A stretch of DNA of 47,398 nucleotides from assembly GCA_009602725.1 (NCBI GenBank), contig WELB01000029.1:470055-517452 (forward strand), given 5' to 3'. The position numbers and the translations under genes are program-made. The stretch comes from Spirogloea muscicola (Eukaryota). The notes beneath the pieces are model-generated. The model made no database searches, had not been told where the DNA came from, and saw only the letters and a program-made list of their open reading frames with translations. How positions within the stretch are numbered: position 1 is the first letter of the stretch; every line of letters starts with the position of its first letter. Below, one piece after another: positions 11,656 through 25,872 of this stretch.

Positions 11656-11920
11656 NCGCCGCCGCGGGCGCCCCGCAGAAGGCGCCGCGGCGGGCGCGGC
11701 GCGGCGGGGGCGAGGGATGGGGAGGGGTTTGAGAACTGCGCTGGCCGAGGGTCCCGAGGTGGGTGGGGAGGTGGGGGGGTTGGTCCTAGGCGAGAGGCCT
11801 CGCCCCGAGCCGGTAAGTCATTCAAGAGGGTCCGGCGCTCTAGTTGGGAGGGAGGGGGAGAGGCGGTTCGGAACCCTCCCCCTCCACCTCTCGTCGTCTC
11901 TTCCTCGTTCGCTCTGCCGT

Positions 11921-13275
11921 CAAAAGTGGCTCTCCCGATGGGGGCAAGGGCTGTGAACAGCCAGCCCGAAAAGTCAATAGACAGTTCCGAAGGGGCTCCA
12001 TCGGGGCCAAAAAGCGCTTTCCCAAAGCTTGCCCGGTTGGATAATCAAGAAGAAAGTGCGCGCCAATAGAGAAGAGGGGCTGGCAAAGCCAGCCCAAAAA
12101 GACTGGGCAATGTCCAAAGCCTAAGAAAGAGGAGCCGGAAAAGGACTACACTACAAACCACTGCAAAACACAGACGTTGCAGAGGGAAGCTCAGTACCCA
12201 CGAGTGAGCAACATAATCACTCAGTATCCACTAGGCAGGAGCCCCAAATCAGAAGCCTAGCAGCCGCCTTTCTTGAAAGCAATTCCCTTGGCGAACGCCA
12301 GAGGCTGCAGCTAGAGCACGGCCAGCACGCAGTTGCCAGTCGTGGGCCATGGACCGCTGGAGTGACCGCTGGAGCTCTGCCGGAGCGCAGCACCTCCTCG
12401 CCTCCTCGGTGTGTCAATGCTCGACCTGCACTTCCACTTCTGGGACTCCTCCGAGCTTTAGGAGAGCCACTTTCTTCCGAGCCCCTCACAGCCCTCGCCT
12501 TTTGTTCTTTCTCCTTTGGAAGAGCCCACTTCTCTGAGCTGCGACGACTTTCTTTCCTTCAATCAGACCTTGTACATTCCGTTGGGCTGGCCTCTCACAG
12601 CCATTGCCTTACATTGAAAGAGCTGTTTCTCTGGGCTGGCCTCTCATAGCAGTTGCCTTACAGTAGAAAAGCAAGAAAACTTAGCGGGTTACGAAGCTTC
12701 CATCCGCAGTAGTGACTTGCATAGCTGTGTGACACAAGCGCCTTTCGGCCCTTTAAATCTAGAGCTATTTCTTGTCCATTCTTTCTGGATAGCATTCATA
12801 TTCTGCGCCCCATTTCGGCCCTTTCAGACCTTGTGCATTCCTCTGAGAAAGAGCTACTTCTCCATTGCGCTTGGCCTCTCAAAGCCGTTGCGTTTCTTTG
12901 ACAGAGCTGTTTCTTTTATCCAGTTACTCCGATGTGCACTTGCTGACTAGATGCTATTAGAGCGTCCAGCTGCAGAAGTCATAGAGAGTGGCATTTGACT
13001 TCGACAGAGCTGAATCTGCTTGCAGATGAGCTTTGCTCTGCTTGTTGTTGGATCAGTACTTGCAAAGCTTGTCCTCGTCATGCTCGACATGCCTAAAGAA
13101 TATGTGCAGCACCTATCATTGTGCTACACGACGTTGATTGTTACATCTTGTGTAGTATGTTTGTAAACTCATCTTGCTGCTTTTGCCTGTCATCAATTTC
13201 TTCCAGACATTGCTCGTTTCTTCTGGGCTGGCCTCTCACAGCCATTATTTCACATTGGAAGAGCTACTTCTTCTG
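11921..13275. mobile_element. Cluster 2 of RLE retroelement 3' ends
   Basis: Family A copy (-; 12048-12212) with TSD ataatca (12041-12047/12213-12219) inside a C-like copy. Several older degenerate + strand copies at 12460-12960 and 13200-13275. Confidence 0.8.
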
Positions 13276-14428
13276 TTTCGCTAACGTAGTGTCTCGGCTT
13301 TAGTAACGTTTGGTGCAGTGTCTCGGTTTTACCGTTTGCTCATTAGAAGTATGCAGGACTGCAAGAATGTACATGCAAAGCAATATACGCCAGAATGTAC
13401 ACGCAAGCAATGTACACAATTCCTTTTCCACAAGATAATGATCTGTGCAAGATTACAACTCCTACGCCATTTGCGATTCGGCTATACCTTGAATTACAGT
13501 CGTGACCAAGGAGACCTGAGGACTAGCGCTTGGGTGTCAGATGCTTGCGATAGACAGCACAATGCGTCAAGACTGCTCACTGCAGAGTCACAACAACTTC
13601 TTGCAGTCGCACGCAAGTCCGAGCGAAGGTTCACTGGCTGCGCCCGCAGTATGCTCCGTGCTCTACGCTTTCTAGGCGTGGGCCCAGGCGCAGGCGCGGG
13701 TGGGCGCAAGGTCGGGAAGAGGGTGAGACTTGCGAAGCGGACTGCTTGGCAAAGGCCGCTCGCCCAGTAGTAGCTGCCAGTGCATGGATGGCCATCCCGA
13801 AACCTTAATATGTGCTGCTCAGCAGCACTACAAGCTCAATTTCATTTCCTGCAAGTTAGTCATTCTTAAACCAAAGGTACAATAGACCACTTCCTGGTGG
13901 GTAGGCGTTCGGTTAAACAGGCAGTTAGCAGGCTGGCAGATGCAGCCTGCAACAGCTGCTTTCTCCACAGGCCTTGAGCTGCTGATCATCTGCAACTTTA
14001 CAGCGCAACAGCAGCTAGCTTCCAAGCAGCCCCGTAGTTGCCCCCCCGTGAAGTGTCTCTGACTGCCTGATGGCTGGAAGTGGCACTGCAGGAGGAAGAT
14101 ACGGTAGCAGGTAAAGTGCGTTAGCAATGGTCTCCTTGCGCCACACTCTTAACAATGGAGTGACCAATTTCCACAACAGCTACAAGCCAGCTAGTTCAAC
14201 TAGCCATACTCACTCATGTGCTTGTTAGACACAGAAATTAGCCCACAGAATATTGCCTTCAAATAGCTGGTCCATTCGCCTTTCTGAGAGTTGAATTTTC
14301 GTAGGAGAGTAGTTGATGTGGAGCATACCAGGTACCTTGCTGGAGTGACTTCAAGCGTCCTGCTGCTGCTGCAGCTGACGGCGTACACTGATCTCCGCGA
14401 CACATGAATCCAAATCGCGGTGCAATGT

Positions 14429-15757
14429 TCACGAAGCACTTGGGTCTTGGTCCTTCATACTGGCAGCGATGGCTGCCATGAGCTCGCGATCATCATCATC
14501 AACCTCTATACTGTGGGCCTGCTCACGCCCTGCATGCACGCACACCGCCCGCTCCTTGCATCAGCCCAATCGTAAGCTTGCGGAGGAGTCTAGACAAGAA
14601 GCTTGTTCTATTGCGGGTGTTCACCAGTAGTCCTGAAAGTGGTTGCCAACTCCTGCACCAATTGCTGCTGCTCCATGCTGAGAGCAGCCAGGCTGCTGTC
14701 TGCAGCCATGCTATTGCCTGAGGCGTGAGCCATCGCAAGAATCTGCACAGCCTCTTGGGCCGTTACCCACTGCCCCCTTGATCCGCTGGGCAAGTCGTAG
14801 GCATCAGCGGCATGGCGATCAGGGAGTGAGCCGCGGATGACGAAGATGGACCAGCCGCTGCTTTTCAGCGTGCTCAGGTAGGCGCTGAGATAGAACTGCA
14901 GAAAACAGGAAACTTGGTAAAGTGTAGCTGCTATGAATCAGAAGTTTTGTCCTCCGACTAGTGGAGGACGAGCTGCCCAACACTTTGAGATTCGTGGCTA
15001 TTGTCTGGCGATTGCTCAGCTAGCTAATATCACCGCTATTCCACATTGGCGGCTAAGTCGGGTCTTCCAAGAAAAGTGATTTATCATATCAATGTGCCAC
15101 TCGCATATTCTGGCGAGGTCGGAGGTTGGGCGCAAACGGCTTACTGGGGAGAGGCGCTCAGGTGCAGCATAGAGGCTGTTGAAGTTGAACCACTCGCCGG
15201 AGACCTTGCGGACAGTGAACCAGTGGGCGTGCAGGTGGCAGAGGAAAGCCTCCTCGCGCTGCGGCTCCAGGCGGGCTTGGCCAGCGCCGGGCGCGTCCAG
15301 CGGCACGCACTGCAGGCTCCAGACCTCCAGCGCCTTGCTGAGCACCTGGTCGAGCAGACGAGATCGAGACGCTGAGGCCTTTCGCTTACCGTTCAATGGT
15401 GGCGGGGCGACGGGGGAGCAGCATGCGTCTCAGTCGAACCTGGATGCTGAAGTTTCCCGACGCCGCGACATTGCCAGTCTCCTGAGCGGCAAGCCCCGCC
15501 GGAGCGGCACCGCCGCCGCCGCCGGCCTCGCCGCTGTCGCCGTCGTTGCCGGTGCCGCCTCCGTGTCCCTCCGCCATCACCGCGCGCTCGCGGGCGTCGA
15601 GCTCCGCGGCGAGCGCGGCGAGATCGACCTCCGTGAAGAAGGGCCCCTGCAGGAGCGCGTTGAGGCAGTGCACGGCGCACAGCGCCGCCTCCTGGCGCTC
15701 GTGGTACAGCAGCCGCTCCTCTGCCGGCGGCGTCGCGGACGCGCCGGCGCTGGCCAT
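14429..15757 (-). CDS. ATXN3: Ataxin-3 homolog (Josephin deubiquitinase with UIM)
   Basis: LLYHERQEAALCAVHCLNALLQG (catalytic Cys), GNFSIQ|VLSKAL, HWFTVRKVSGEWFNFNSL (His, Asn), FYLSAYL, and UIM-like DDDDRELMAAIAASM. The exact 3' end is uncertain. Confidence 0.92.
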
Positions 15758-15778
15758 GGCCGCGCCGGCCGCGCCGCN

Positions 15779-15816
<38 letters not shown>

Positions 15817-16307
15817 TTTGCAGGAAGGCACCGGCGAGCACCGCCAGAGTTGGCGGCACCACTGCCGCCAGATGTGGCGCCGGTTTAAAATACCGGTGGC
15901 TCGCAGTTGACCCACCGGAAAATCGCCCGACCGCTTCTCTAAGCCACCCCGCACGTCTCGCCGTCCCAGCTAGTCGCGCCGCCACACTTAGCGGTGCTGC
16001 GAGCTCCCTTCCGTTTAGCGGCGCCCGGGCTAGCCTTCGGCACTGCAGGCCTGTCACTCTCGGCCCTCGCGCCGCGACTTGCGGTTAGGGCTCGGCCTCG
16101 TGGCGCTGAGGCTCGCTGCGTGGTGGCGCGCGGGCGCGCCGGCGCCGGCGCGGGGCGCGGTTTGGCCCTTTGGAGTTGTGATGTCTTGCCAGGATCTGGC
16201 CGTCGCGCTTCCGCTTGCGGCCAGAGGGAAGCAGACGGATCAACCTAACACTGGCTCCTCTCTGCCGAGCTTGTGCTCCCTGAAGACAGACCGGCGTGGC
16301 AGGCTGC
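15758..16307. promoter_or_regulatory. Probable bidirectional promoter between ataxin-3 and the HD-domain gene
   Basis: Divergent start codons about 550 bp apart in GC-rich sequence; inferred from geometry only. Confidence 0.5.
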
Positions 16308-19300
16308 ATGGCGAAGCACTCTGAGATGACTGCCGTCAATGGTGAAGACCTTGATGACGGCGAGATAGGATGCTCCCAGACCCTTCCCAGCAACACAGGA
16401 CGCGCTCCTGCATACCAGTATGGAGACTTAGACGACGGCGCTGGGGAAAGGCTTGAGGAGCCTGCTTGCACTGCAGACACAGGCAACGATGCTCAAGACG
16501 ACAAGCTGCTGTCTGACTCTGACAGCCATCCTCCACATGTGAAGACCATCAGCGACGTCATTCATGGGCACAAAATAAAGCTCAGAGGGGTAAATCCCAG
16601 ATTCTTTCTATATTCACACAGCGCCGTCATTAGACAAATCCTTCTCAGAGGCAAGCCTCATTGGCATGTGAAAGGCGGAAGGCTTCTGCTCCAGAGTAAG
16701 CAGACAAGTTGGTGGTAACACAATCACGTCAATCGTCAACGTCAGCTTGATTGAGCATTGACCTGAAATCCGAGCTGCTGGAGGAATAATGGACATCAAA
16801 GGTCGAGCAGCCTCTTCTGCTCAAGTCTATTAACTCCTAACATCTCCACATTTTGCAGCCATCCTTAGAGTTCACGGACACTCCTCAAGTGCAGCGGTTG
16901 AGGCACATCAATCAACTTGGGGCCGTCCATTACGTGTTTCCATCAGCCACTCACACCCGATTTGCACATTCGCTGGGCACTTCTTACTTGGCCGGAGAGA
17001 CTGTCCGGATACTGAAGCAGCACCAACCAGACCTTGAACTTGATGAGTTCGATATTCAAGCAGCTGAACTTGCAGGTAAAGGCAGGGTATGCTTTCACAG
17101 TGTGCGTCCTGCTCCCTTGATTACGTAAGAGGTAGCAGTAGACTTGCTTTTTGCCCCCTCTTGCCATTACCTCCTGTGTTGAAATCAAGCATTTACTTCT
17201 CCAGTTAACGTTACGAAGTTATTATTGGCACCGAGCAACTTGCTTCTGCTGCACAACAACTGAACCGCCAAAAAGGCTGTTATCTTATGCAGGTTTATGC
17301 CACGACCTTGGCCACGGTTGCTTCAGTCATGTCTTTGATGGGGAAGTCATACCAGCACTTGATCCGGAAATAAGTTGGTAAGTTGTTGGCTTGAGATGAG
17401 CAGCAGGTCGCTCAGAGACATTGTCAACTTGTTTGATTCTTGCTATAACAGTTAGACAGAGCTACATAGTTCAGCTTCCTCCTGCTAGTCTTAGATTGTG
17501 CTTGTGCATTGTGGTCTACTCCCCCCTTTGACATGATCGTTTTATAAGCTGATGATAACAGTCCAGGGGCAGTGTCAAACATGCGGACATGCTAATGTCG
17601 TATCTCTGCGGTTGCTGGCAGGAAACATGAGGAGATGTCTACTATGCTGATGGATGATGCGATTGACAGGAATAACCTTGACATTGATGATAACATTGTG
17701 GCCATGGCGAAGGTCGGCTCCTATCTTGCATTGTGCTAGTTTGCTTCTTGTGGAGACTCCTGCATGTACACGGCTCAGGACCACATCAGTGTCAAGAGTC
17801 CGGTTCCTGCATGTCTTGCATGCAGATTCCAGGAAAACATCAGCACTACTACTTAGACAGAATAATATGATGCGTATATCATATACAGAGAAATCAATAA
17901 ACAGGTGGTAAGATTACAATTTTATTTGATCTCCGAAATATGCTGTGCTCTGCCGCAGGACATGATCATGGCAAGCACAAAAACTTGGCGGAGGACTTCG
18001 GTAGGATTCTGGGGGCTGCTTCACATCCTCTTCTAAGAAATGGATAGTACTCTATGTTGGTATCTGTGGCACCATGCATTCTGGCCGGGACTTCAGCATT
18101 TGCATTCGCCAAAATCTGACATCAGTTTATCTGCCATGTAAGATACCTGCATTGTGTCTGCAGACCTGTAAGGAGAGGAAGTTGTTCTTATATGACATTG
18201 TGGCCAACGGGAAAAGCGGCATGGATGTTGACAAGTAGGTCCCTTGCGTGCTGTAGCAGATATTGTCAGTCTTAAGACTTCAATGCTGATATGCTGATAG
18301 CCTTGGAAGGCAAAACATGCCCTACGTGATACTTGCTCTGCCCTAGAAAGCCTCACATAGCCAGAATCTTATGTACTTGTTCACGGAGTCCTCAATGTCC
18401 TCTCCAATAACAACTAGTGCTTTTGTCAGGTTTGACTATTTGGCAAGAGACAGCTATTACACAAATGTCAGAACAAGTTTTGATCACGAGAGGTGAGTCA
18501 CATATCTGCATCTGAGATGTGGCTGTTTCAGATGTCTCTGGTGTTGTGGCAATGTCATGACTGCGTTAGTGTTGCTTCAATATAGGAGCATCTGAATAGG
18601 GGTGAAAGGGATCTGCAGCATCCAAGGTACTGCTCGAAGATGATTGATGAGAAAGTGTTGATGCAAAGACATTGCAACTTGTGTCTACTCTAGGGTCATG
18701 CAGATGATGAGAGTTGTAAACGGGAGTATATGCTGTCGATGGAGTGAAGGCATTGCTTCCTACCACTCTCCACCATAACACATGCAAAGGACAAATGACA
18801 TGTTTCAAAAGTCTCAGGAGGCTTCACAGTTGCCTGTTGCCTCTTCCCACTTCTAAGACAGTACTGGTGCTGCTTTTGGCAAGAGAAAGCAACTACTGAA
18901 GAGTCACGCTATCAGTATGCAAGCTCATACTTTAAGACACACTGAAGTAGCCCCGTTGTGAAATGAATACAAGGTTATTGCTCTGTGCAGCAACTTCTAT
19001 CTATAGTCTTTTCCACTCAAGGGCCCACCTCTTTGAAACAGTATATACACACCGTGTGGTCAAAGTAAGTCCCTTCTTAGAAGTCGAGTACTTCCTGCAA
19101 AACTTCCGCCGACGTGAATCCTTCCAGAAGGCAGTCAAAGTGTAGGTTATCTAGTGGGCAATGCTGTGGTCTAGGAAGTTGCATACCAAGAGCAAAAACC
19201 GTCTGTAATCATGGTCCTCTTGTTGGGACTTTTATTGCATTGAAGCATCATCATAGTTGAAGGTAAGGAGATTTATCATGCTGGCACTGACATTGTTGAG

Positions 19301-21051
19301 CAATGTCTGCAGGCCATTGAGTACATGATCCGAGATGTATTGTTACTTGCAGACCCCATCTTCGATTTTAAAGAGGCCATAAGAGTCCCTGCGAAATTCT
19401 GCAAGGTAGGGAAGATGATTATTAATTGTGAGATCGCATTGCAAGCTAAGATGGAGATGAACGAGCATGTGATGCCACCGTCGCAGTCCTATAATTACGC
19501 CACTGTGCAATGCCTGACAGGCACTCTAACCCTGCAGAAATTTGGAATGCACACATGCACAGTTGGATGACCGAATCCTGGGGGTCATTGAGCACCTGCC
19601 AGGGCTAGAAAAAGCGAAACAAATATTGGATAGAATCAAACGGCGAGATCACTATAGTGTGCGCGCCTTTGCAACCATCCACCTTGACACCTACATATGT
19701 TCTTGTTGTGATTTTGCCTGCCTGTAACTGATAGATTCTACAAATGCGCTGCTCATACAGTGGCTGTGTGTTTGGCAATTGGCACTGCCAGTTTGTTAAT
19801 GAGTTTGTAGTTCCAGAAGACTATGTCCTCGACTACAAGAAGGTGACAGCAGAAGATATCCTGCCTTACCAGGTACAGTGGACAGCCTTCCTCTCTGTCA
19901 ACTCTAATCAAACCCCTGGGCTATGTTGAGCAGCACGTCAGCTAGTCAAAGCTGCCGTGACAACCTTTGTCACTGTTACTGTCAGGGTGGTACTTTGACT
20001 GTTGATCGTTCTTGTGCCTGGCTTGTGAGGGAGGGCATCTCCTCAGCTCTTACTGTTGTGAGCTACTTACACAGACGGACGAAGGCAGACACCGTGGCTT
20101 GAGTGCTGATGACATCATCGTCCAGAACTGCAACATAGATTATGGGATGGGACGAGAGAACCCTGTTGACAAGTATGTGAGGCAATGTATTCCTCCCAAT
20201 TATGCTGTAGATACTTTGCACGACGCTGTTCTTCATCTTCCTCATTGCTGATTATGGCAAAAAAGGACTACTGAAGAGAGGCTGAAAATCATAGGGGAAG
20301 CACAGTTTCATTGCTGAGCATAGTGTTTAATGTGTGTCTTGTGGTTGTCTCTTGGATTTGCTCCATCAACTTGCAGAGTTGGCTTCTACGAGGTAAAGCA
20401 TCTGCATAGCAATCATCCTTAAAGAATGCAGACTGCAAGCAATATTATTGCAGGCAGTTACACAGGCACATCATACTGAGCATTGCTTGCAGCTGAATGT
20501 GCTCACAAATGCCTTGCTACATCATGCAATGTCAGATTCTTACGAAGGTCTTGCTGACCCTTTGCCAAAGTCGTTTCGCTTCACAGCTTGTAGATGGAAA
20601 GCAACCACGGCTGCTTTCTGTTACCCGACAACAAGTTAGCAACAGGATTGCAGACACATGCAGGGATGTCAAAGTCCGCATTTTCTCCAAGAAGGGGGGC
20701 AACAACGGAGAGGAAGAAGCATATGTAAGATCAAGCCTTTGAGAGCCACCTTTCTCTTCAGTCCAACGTCCTTGCAGGAGGATTTTCTTGTGGTTAGGTC
20801 CCTAGTTAATTGCTGCGCAAGGCTTCTGTATGTGCTATACCATTGTTACAAGTGTGTTCCTGACTGTATAGTCAAGTCAGCTGTGCTTGCAGAACAAGGC
20901 TGTTGGAGAGGCCTTTGAGAGGTACCAGGCCAAGCATTTTGGGAAAGACTTGCAAATACGCAGGACCCCCAGCAAGCGGCTGCGGAAGAGGGTTCGCACA
21001 GTTTCCCAGAACGGCATAAGCTGCAGCCAGTTTTCGCTTTCAAGCATGTAG
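16308..21051 (+). CDS. VEN4: HD-domain dNTP triphosphohydrolase, SAMHD1/VENOSA4-like
   Basis: Many exons: [105 protein letters not shown]. Last exon ends ..[11 protein letters not shown] at 21051. Confidence 0.93.
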
Positions 21052-21599
21052 GTTGGCCTCTGTGCCACACAATAAATAGATTACGGACTTCAATAACCTG
21101 GCCGTTAGGAACTTCTCCTTCAACCCTCTGCTGCCTCAGTTGGCCGCAGACGGCGCACCTTTGATTTCGTCACGAGGCCACCCCTAACGCTGCACGCGAT
21201 GTGAGTTGGTCAACAAGGCCTCAGTGCGTTGTGCACTGCCACGTAGAAGTATGCCTGCAGTGAACTGTTAACTTTTATTGCCAGTACCCGAGCTCTTAGG
21301 TCCCCTTTGGAAAGCCATTGCTGACCAAGGGACGATTTGCAACCTGCATTATTCCAACCGTAGAGCCTATAGTTGGCGCACCCTTCACGTGTTCTGTGAT
21401 CAACACGGCCAAGTAGTGTAGGCAGAATTGCTCGCTTTTGTCGTGAGCTCTTGTGTGTGGCTGTGTTATTCAGGGCTTGCTTGTGTTTCTTGTGCTGCCG
21501 CCATTCTTCGCGGCAATGCTGCATCTATGCTCCACCTAGTTGGTATTTCCCCATTGAGCATGGACATCTCAGCTGCCGCATGCGCGTCTCTGCCGGTGG

Positions 21600-24500
21600 T
21601 CATCCGTACAGCAGGTAGCGCTTGAGAGGGAACCCCAAGGATCTGGCCACCTGGCACTGCACGACTTGTCAGGCTGTTGGTTGTATGCAGGCTTTGACGA
21701 GGACAGATGAAGTGGCAAGCAGCACGCCAAAGCCGCCGTATAGTGCACTATAGCTATAGCTAGTAGCAGTAGTACAGTGGCAAGCAGCCATAGCTAGCAG
21801 CAGTATAGTGCACTAGCCGCCGTGAAGTGCAGGCTAGACAGTGCACCTGGTGGACCAGCTCGGCCGGCGCGGTGCATCGGAACTTTGCGGAGTTGCTGAG
21901 GATGTCCATGGCGCTGCCGCCGCTGCGTGCGACCAGGTCGATGCTGGCCAGCGTCGCCAGCTGCATGAGGGCGTCCGCAGGCAGCGGCGCTCCTGGCGGC
22001 AGCAAGGGCATGCAGCTGCCCCCGTTGGCGCAGACTTCGTCGTCTGGGTCCAACATGCACCTCAGGATCGCTAGCAGGCGCCTCAGGGGGAATGCTGCAG
22101 GGCCGCGCAGCCGTGCCTCCTGAAGCTCAAACTCCTGCTGGTCTTCCGCAGACCCACCACTCCTCCTGCCGAATTTGTGCAACACGGCGACAGTCGGCGC
22201 AAGCTCCAGTGGCAGGTGAGGCTACTTACGCTGTGGCGTTTCGAAGTTGGCAACTCTTTTGAGAATGCTGAAGCATGCAGATACGTTTCCACCTACCTCC
22301 GGCGTCGCTTTTTCTTTGCCAAGCCCCCTTTGTGGTTCCCGAAGAAGTCGGCATCTGTCGTGGCAGGGTTGCGTGATGCGACGTACGCCGCCATGAGCAG
22401 GAACTTGCTCCACATGGGCAGCTCAAACTCCAAAGCCGCCTGCTTGCTGCAACAAAGCGGGCACATGTGCAAACACTGAGCGGCCGTGCCAGGAATGAGC
22501 ACGGATCTTCCACCGCCCTTGCGTCACTGCACCGCCTGCCGGCGAGCTGCTCACTGTGCGCACCTGCTGTCTGCGATCGTGACTGCACAAGCACAGGACT
22601 TGCCGTCAGCCATTGGCAAACTCCAGAGGCAGGTGCATGTCGAGGGAGCTCTGCAGCAACAGGGAAGCAGTGGCTAATTTGGTGTCTGAAGTGCTGGCTG
22701 GTTTGGTGCTTGCCAGCATGGGAGAGTGCCGGCCTAATGTGGCGCTTGACGAGCGCATAGAGCTTGGCGCGGCCACCTTCGTCTGGCAGAACGCGCCCCT
22801 GCCAAGGCCAGGTGCATCATCTTGTTACCTCGGCTGCCTTCCGGTCCCAGTGGTATACTGAGCACAGTGTAGCATGAAGTGAGTGAGGAGCAAGGAATGA
22901 AGGAGGGGGACCTCTGTCACCGGGCGGGTGTACTCCGCAAAGAGAGGCTCAAGGGCCTCGCCAAGCTCCGACACACCGCGGCATGCTCGGCTGAAGGGCT
23001 GCAGTGTCGCCCTGCCAGGACATTGCCGAGCAGCACTAAGCTTTGGTGAGCTAGCATGTCGCGTAGCCTGCCTGGTGGAGGTGAGGTGTCTGCCAGCTAC
23101 TGGCTATGGGACTAAGCCACGCCCCACAAGAACCCTCGCTGCGCTGCAGACAATCCCTGTGTCAATGGCTGCAGCAGTTGACAGGCACCAGGACTCAATC
23201 ATGCTGTGCAGAGCAACCCAAAGTGCGACTAGATGTCGGACGCAAGGAGCAGGGCGCCACAACATGGAGAGGACTAACTTGAGGAAGGCAGAGTAAAGGG
23301 CGGAGCCAGGGTGGCGTGCTTGCAGGATGCGGCACAGGTCGTTGTCGGTGTAGTCAGGAAAGTGGACAGCCAGCGGCTCCTGGGCGCCCGTCCCACTCCT
23401 GTTGCACTCATCGGCGCCAAATATGGCGCGGCGGGGTGATCTGGCAGCGGCATCGGGGGTTTAGCCGACACCTCGGTAGGCTATCATCAGGACAGCAGTG
23501 CAGCGGTGCTGCTCACCAGAAGCCATCCCAGCCGACAGAGCTGATGAGGATGATGCTGAGGTTTGGCAGCCCTGCAGGTAACGAGGAGCCGAGCACCAGC
23601 ACCTATCAGTGGCTGAAGCCAATCCAAATCTGAACCTTATTCTCTTACTAAACAAGCCAAAATGACCCAAAGTCCTAACCACAGTCTTTGATTGCTTCAG
23701 GCTGCAGCGGCACCACACTGCCAACGCAGTAGTGTCCAAGGTGATGGGTGCAACCGAGGTGCAGATGCTGTCAGATTCTACCTGAGCTACGGCGTAAATT
23801 ACTACTGTATGATCACTACGAGCAGTAGGGTCTCAGATTCAGGGTTTGCAGTGAGGGTGGTGGAGGTGCACCTGTGAGCTCAGGTAGCTTGAGGAGGGCA
23901 GGAAGCAGCGAGGCGCCTCCGCTGTGGTCCATGCTCCGCAGCAGCTCCGCGTTGTCAAAGATGAGGTAGACAGCTGGCGGCGGCCGGCCCAGCGGCTCCA
24001 GCGGCTCTGCCCTCTCGCGCTCCCAGCGGGCGGTCGCGCGCGCGGCGGCGTCGGGGAGGAGCCGCACGAAGTCGGCGACGCGCTCGCAGCGCGTGGCAGC
24101 CGCATAGTGGCCCGCTGAGCGCCGCTCGTGGCCCAGCAGCTGGTCCAGCGCCGCCTCGAACAAGGCGCGCGGCGAGCCGTGGCACGACCGGCAGCCCACG
24201 AAGGCTGCTGGCCGACCCAGCAGCGCCAGGGCTTCCTGCACCACGCTCGTCTTGCCGGTCTCTGCGTGCAGCCACCGGCTGCCACCGTCAGTTCAGCGTG
24301 GCCAGGTGCCGCAGCTGATGCTCTGTGATTGAGACCAGTGGTCAGGCCGCACTCACCGGCACCACCATAGATGAGGATTGGCGGCACGGCGTCGCGCTCG
24401 CCTCCAAGGAGGCCTGTCTTGCAAACGTACAAGCGGTGGATGTCACGGTGGTGCTGACTGGCTGGCAGCCATTGACAGCCCCGAGAACGCCGGCGGAGAG

Positions 24501-25139
24501 CGAGGAGCACCCACCGAGGAAGTCGTGTATCTGTTGCCGGCGGCCGGGAAAGTGGTGCTCTAGCGTCAAGCGGACCTCTGCTGCTGATATCCGCGGTGGT
24601 CTTGGCGGCGACGGCGGCGTTGGCGGCAGCAGCGCTGGCAGCGGCTCCTTCGGCAGGGCTCCGCGGGCCTGACTGCGTAGAAGCCGTGCTTCAAGCCGGC
24701 AACGGGCTCCACTGCCAGTACTCGGCATTGATGGCGATGCTTCCGCATCGCCCCGTTCCTTCGGCCGCGGAGGTGGGGGCGGCGACGGAGAGGCCGTCGG
24801 TAGCATCCGTCGACCTCGGCGATCAGCGCCGCGCCGAGCAGGTCCGCTCGGCGAAGTTGGCGCGGTGGGTGTGCTTGCATTGTGTGGGGCAGCGGATGAC
24901 GGCCTTGTGGGCGATGGCGAAGTTGGCGGCGAACCGGCATCGTTGCCAAGGCCAGTGCCAGCTGCAGCAGGCCTGTCGGCAGAAGGCGCCGTCGGCAGCC
25001 GCCCGGCAGGCGGCTTCAGGCGCGTGCGCAGGAGCTGGTCGAGCTCACGAGCTCGCCGCTTCCGCTGGGGGCTCATGAGAGCCTGCACCACTGCGTCCTC
25101 AGCTCGCGTAGCCTCTTGTGGCACGCCGGCCTCCGCCAT
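21600..25139 (-). CDS. ORC5: Origin recognition complex subunit 5
   Basis: FPGRRQQI, Walker A split by an intron (IYGGA|xTGKT), YLIFDNAELLR, LLKLPEL, HFPDYT, KFLLMAAYVASRNP, GPAAFPLRRLLAI, QLATL, and final VARSLGFPLKRYLLYG* (21600). Confidence 0.92.
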
Positions 25140-25509
25140 CCAAGCCAGGCGCCAGCAGCGGCCTTCCCCTCGCCGTCTTTCTTGTGGCTGGCAGAGGTGG
25201 GGGCTTGCTGAGTCAAACGGACCAGCATGAGAGTTGGGGCTTGCGAAGAAGGACGGGCTGCAGCAAAGCTGCGCGGCCAGAACAAGGCGGGCTCCGGATT
25301 GCCAGTGGTTGTGAGGAGCAGGGCAGAGAGGAATGGACAGAAGTTGGGCAAGTGGTGCCAGTCAAGAGGGGACGCCCACTCGAGGTAGTCAGGAGGGTTC
25401 TTGAGAGGCTTGCAGCTAGAGGAGGACGAGGAGAGGCCATGAGGGGTGCGGGGAGAGGGAAGGTGGGCGGAGAGGTGGGGTTCGAGGGCGGAGGTGGGTT
25501 GGAAAGGGN

Positions 25510-25766
<257 letters not shown>

Positions 25767-25823
25767 GGGGGTGGGGGAGCTACCGGAGAGCTCGGACCGG
25801 GGGAGCTCCCGCCACGCTGGCGC

Positions 25824-25872
25824 TTTCGCGCCAAAAGGGGACCCGCTGGAGCCCGCCACGGTGGCGCCAAAA
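25824..25872. promoter_or_regulatory. Candidate E2F-binding sites upstream of ORC5
   Basis: TTTCGCGCCAAAA (25824-25836) is an overlapping double TTTSSCGS site, and GGCGCCAAAA (25863-25872) is a second site. ORC genes are classical E2F targets. Confidence 0.6.
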
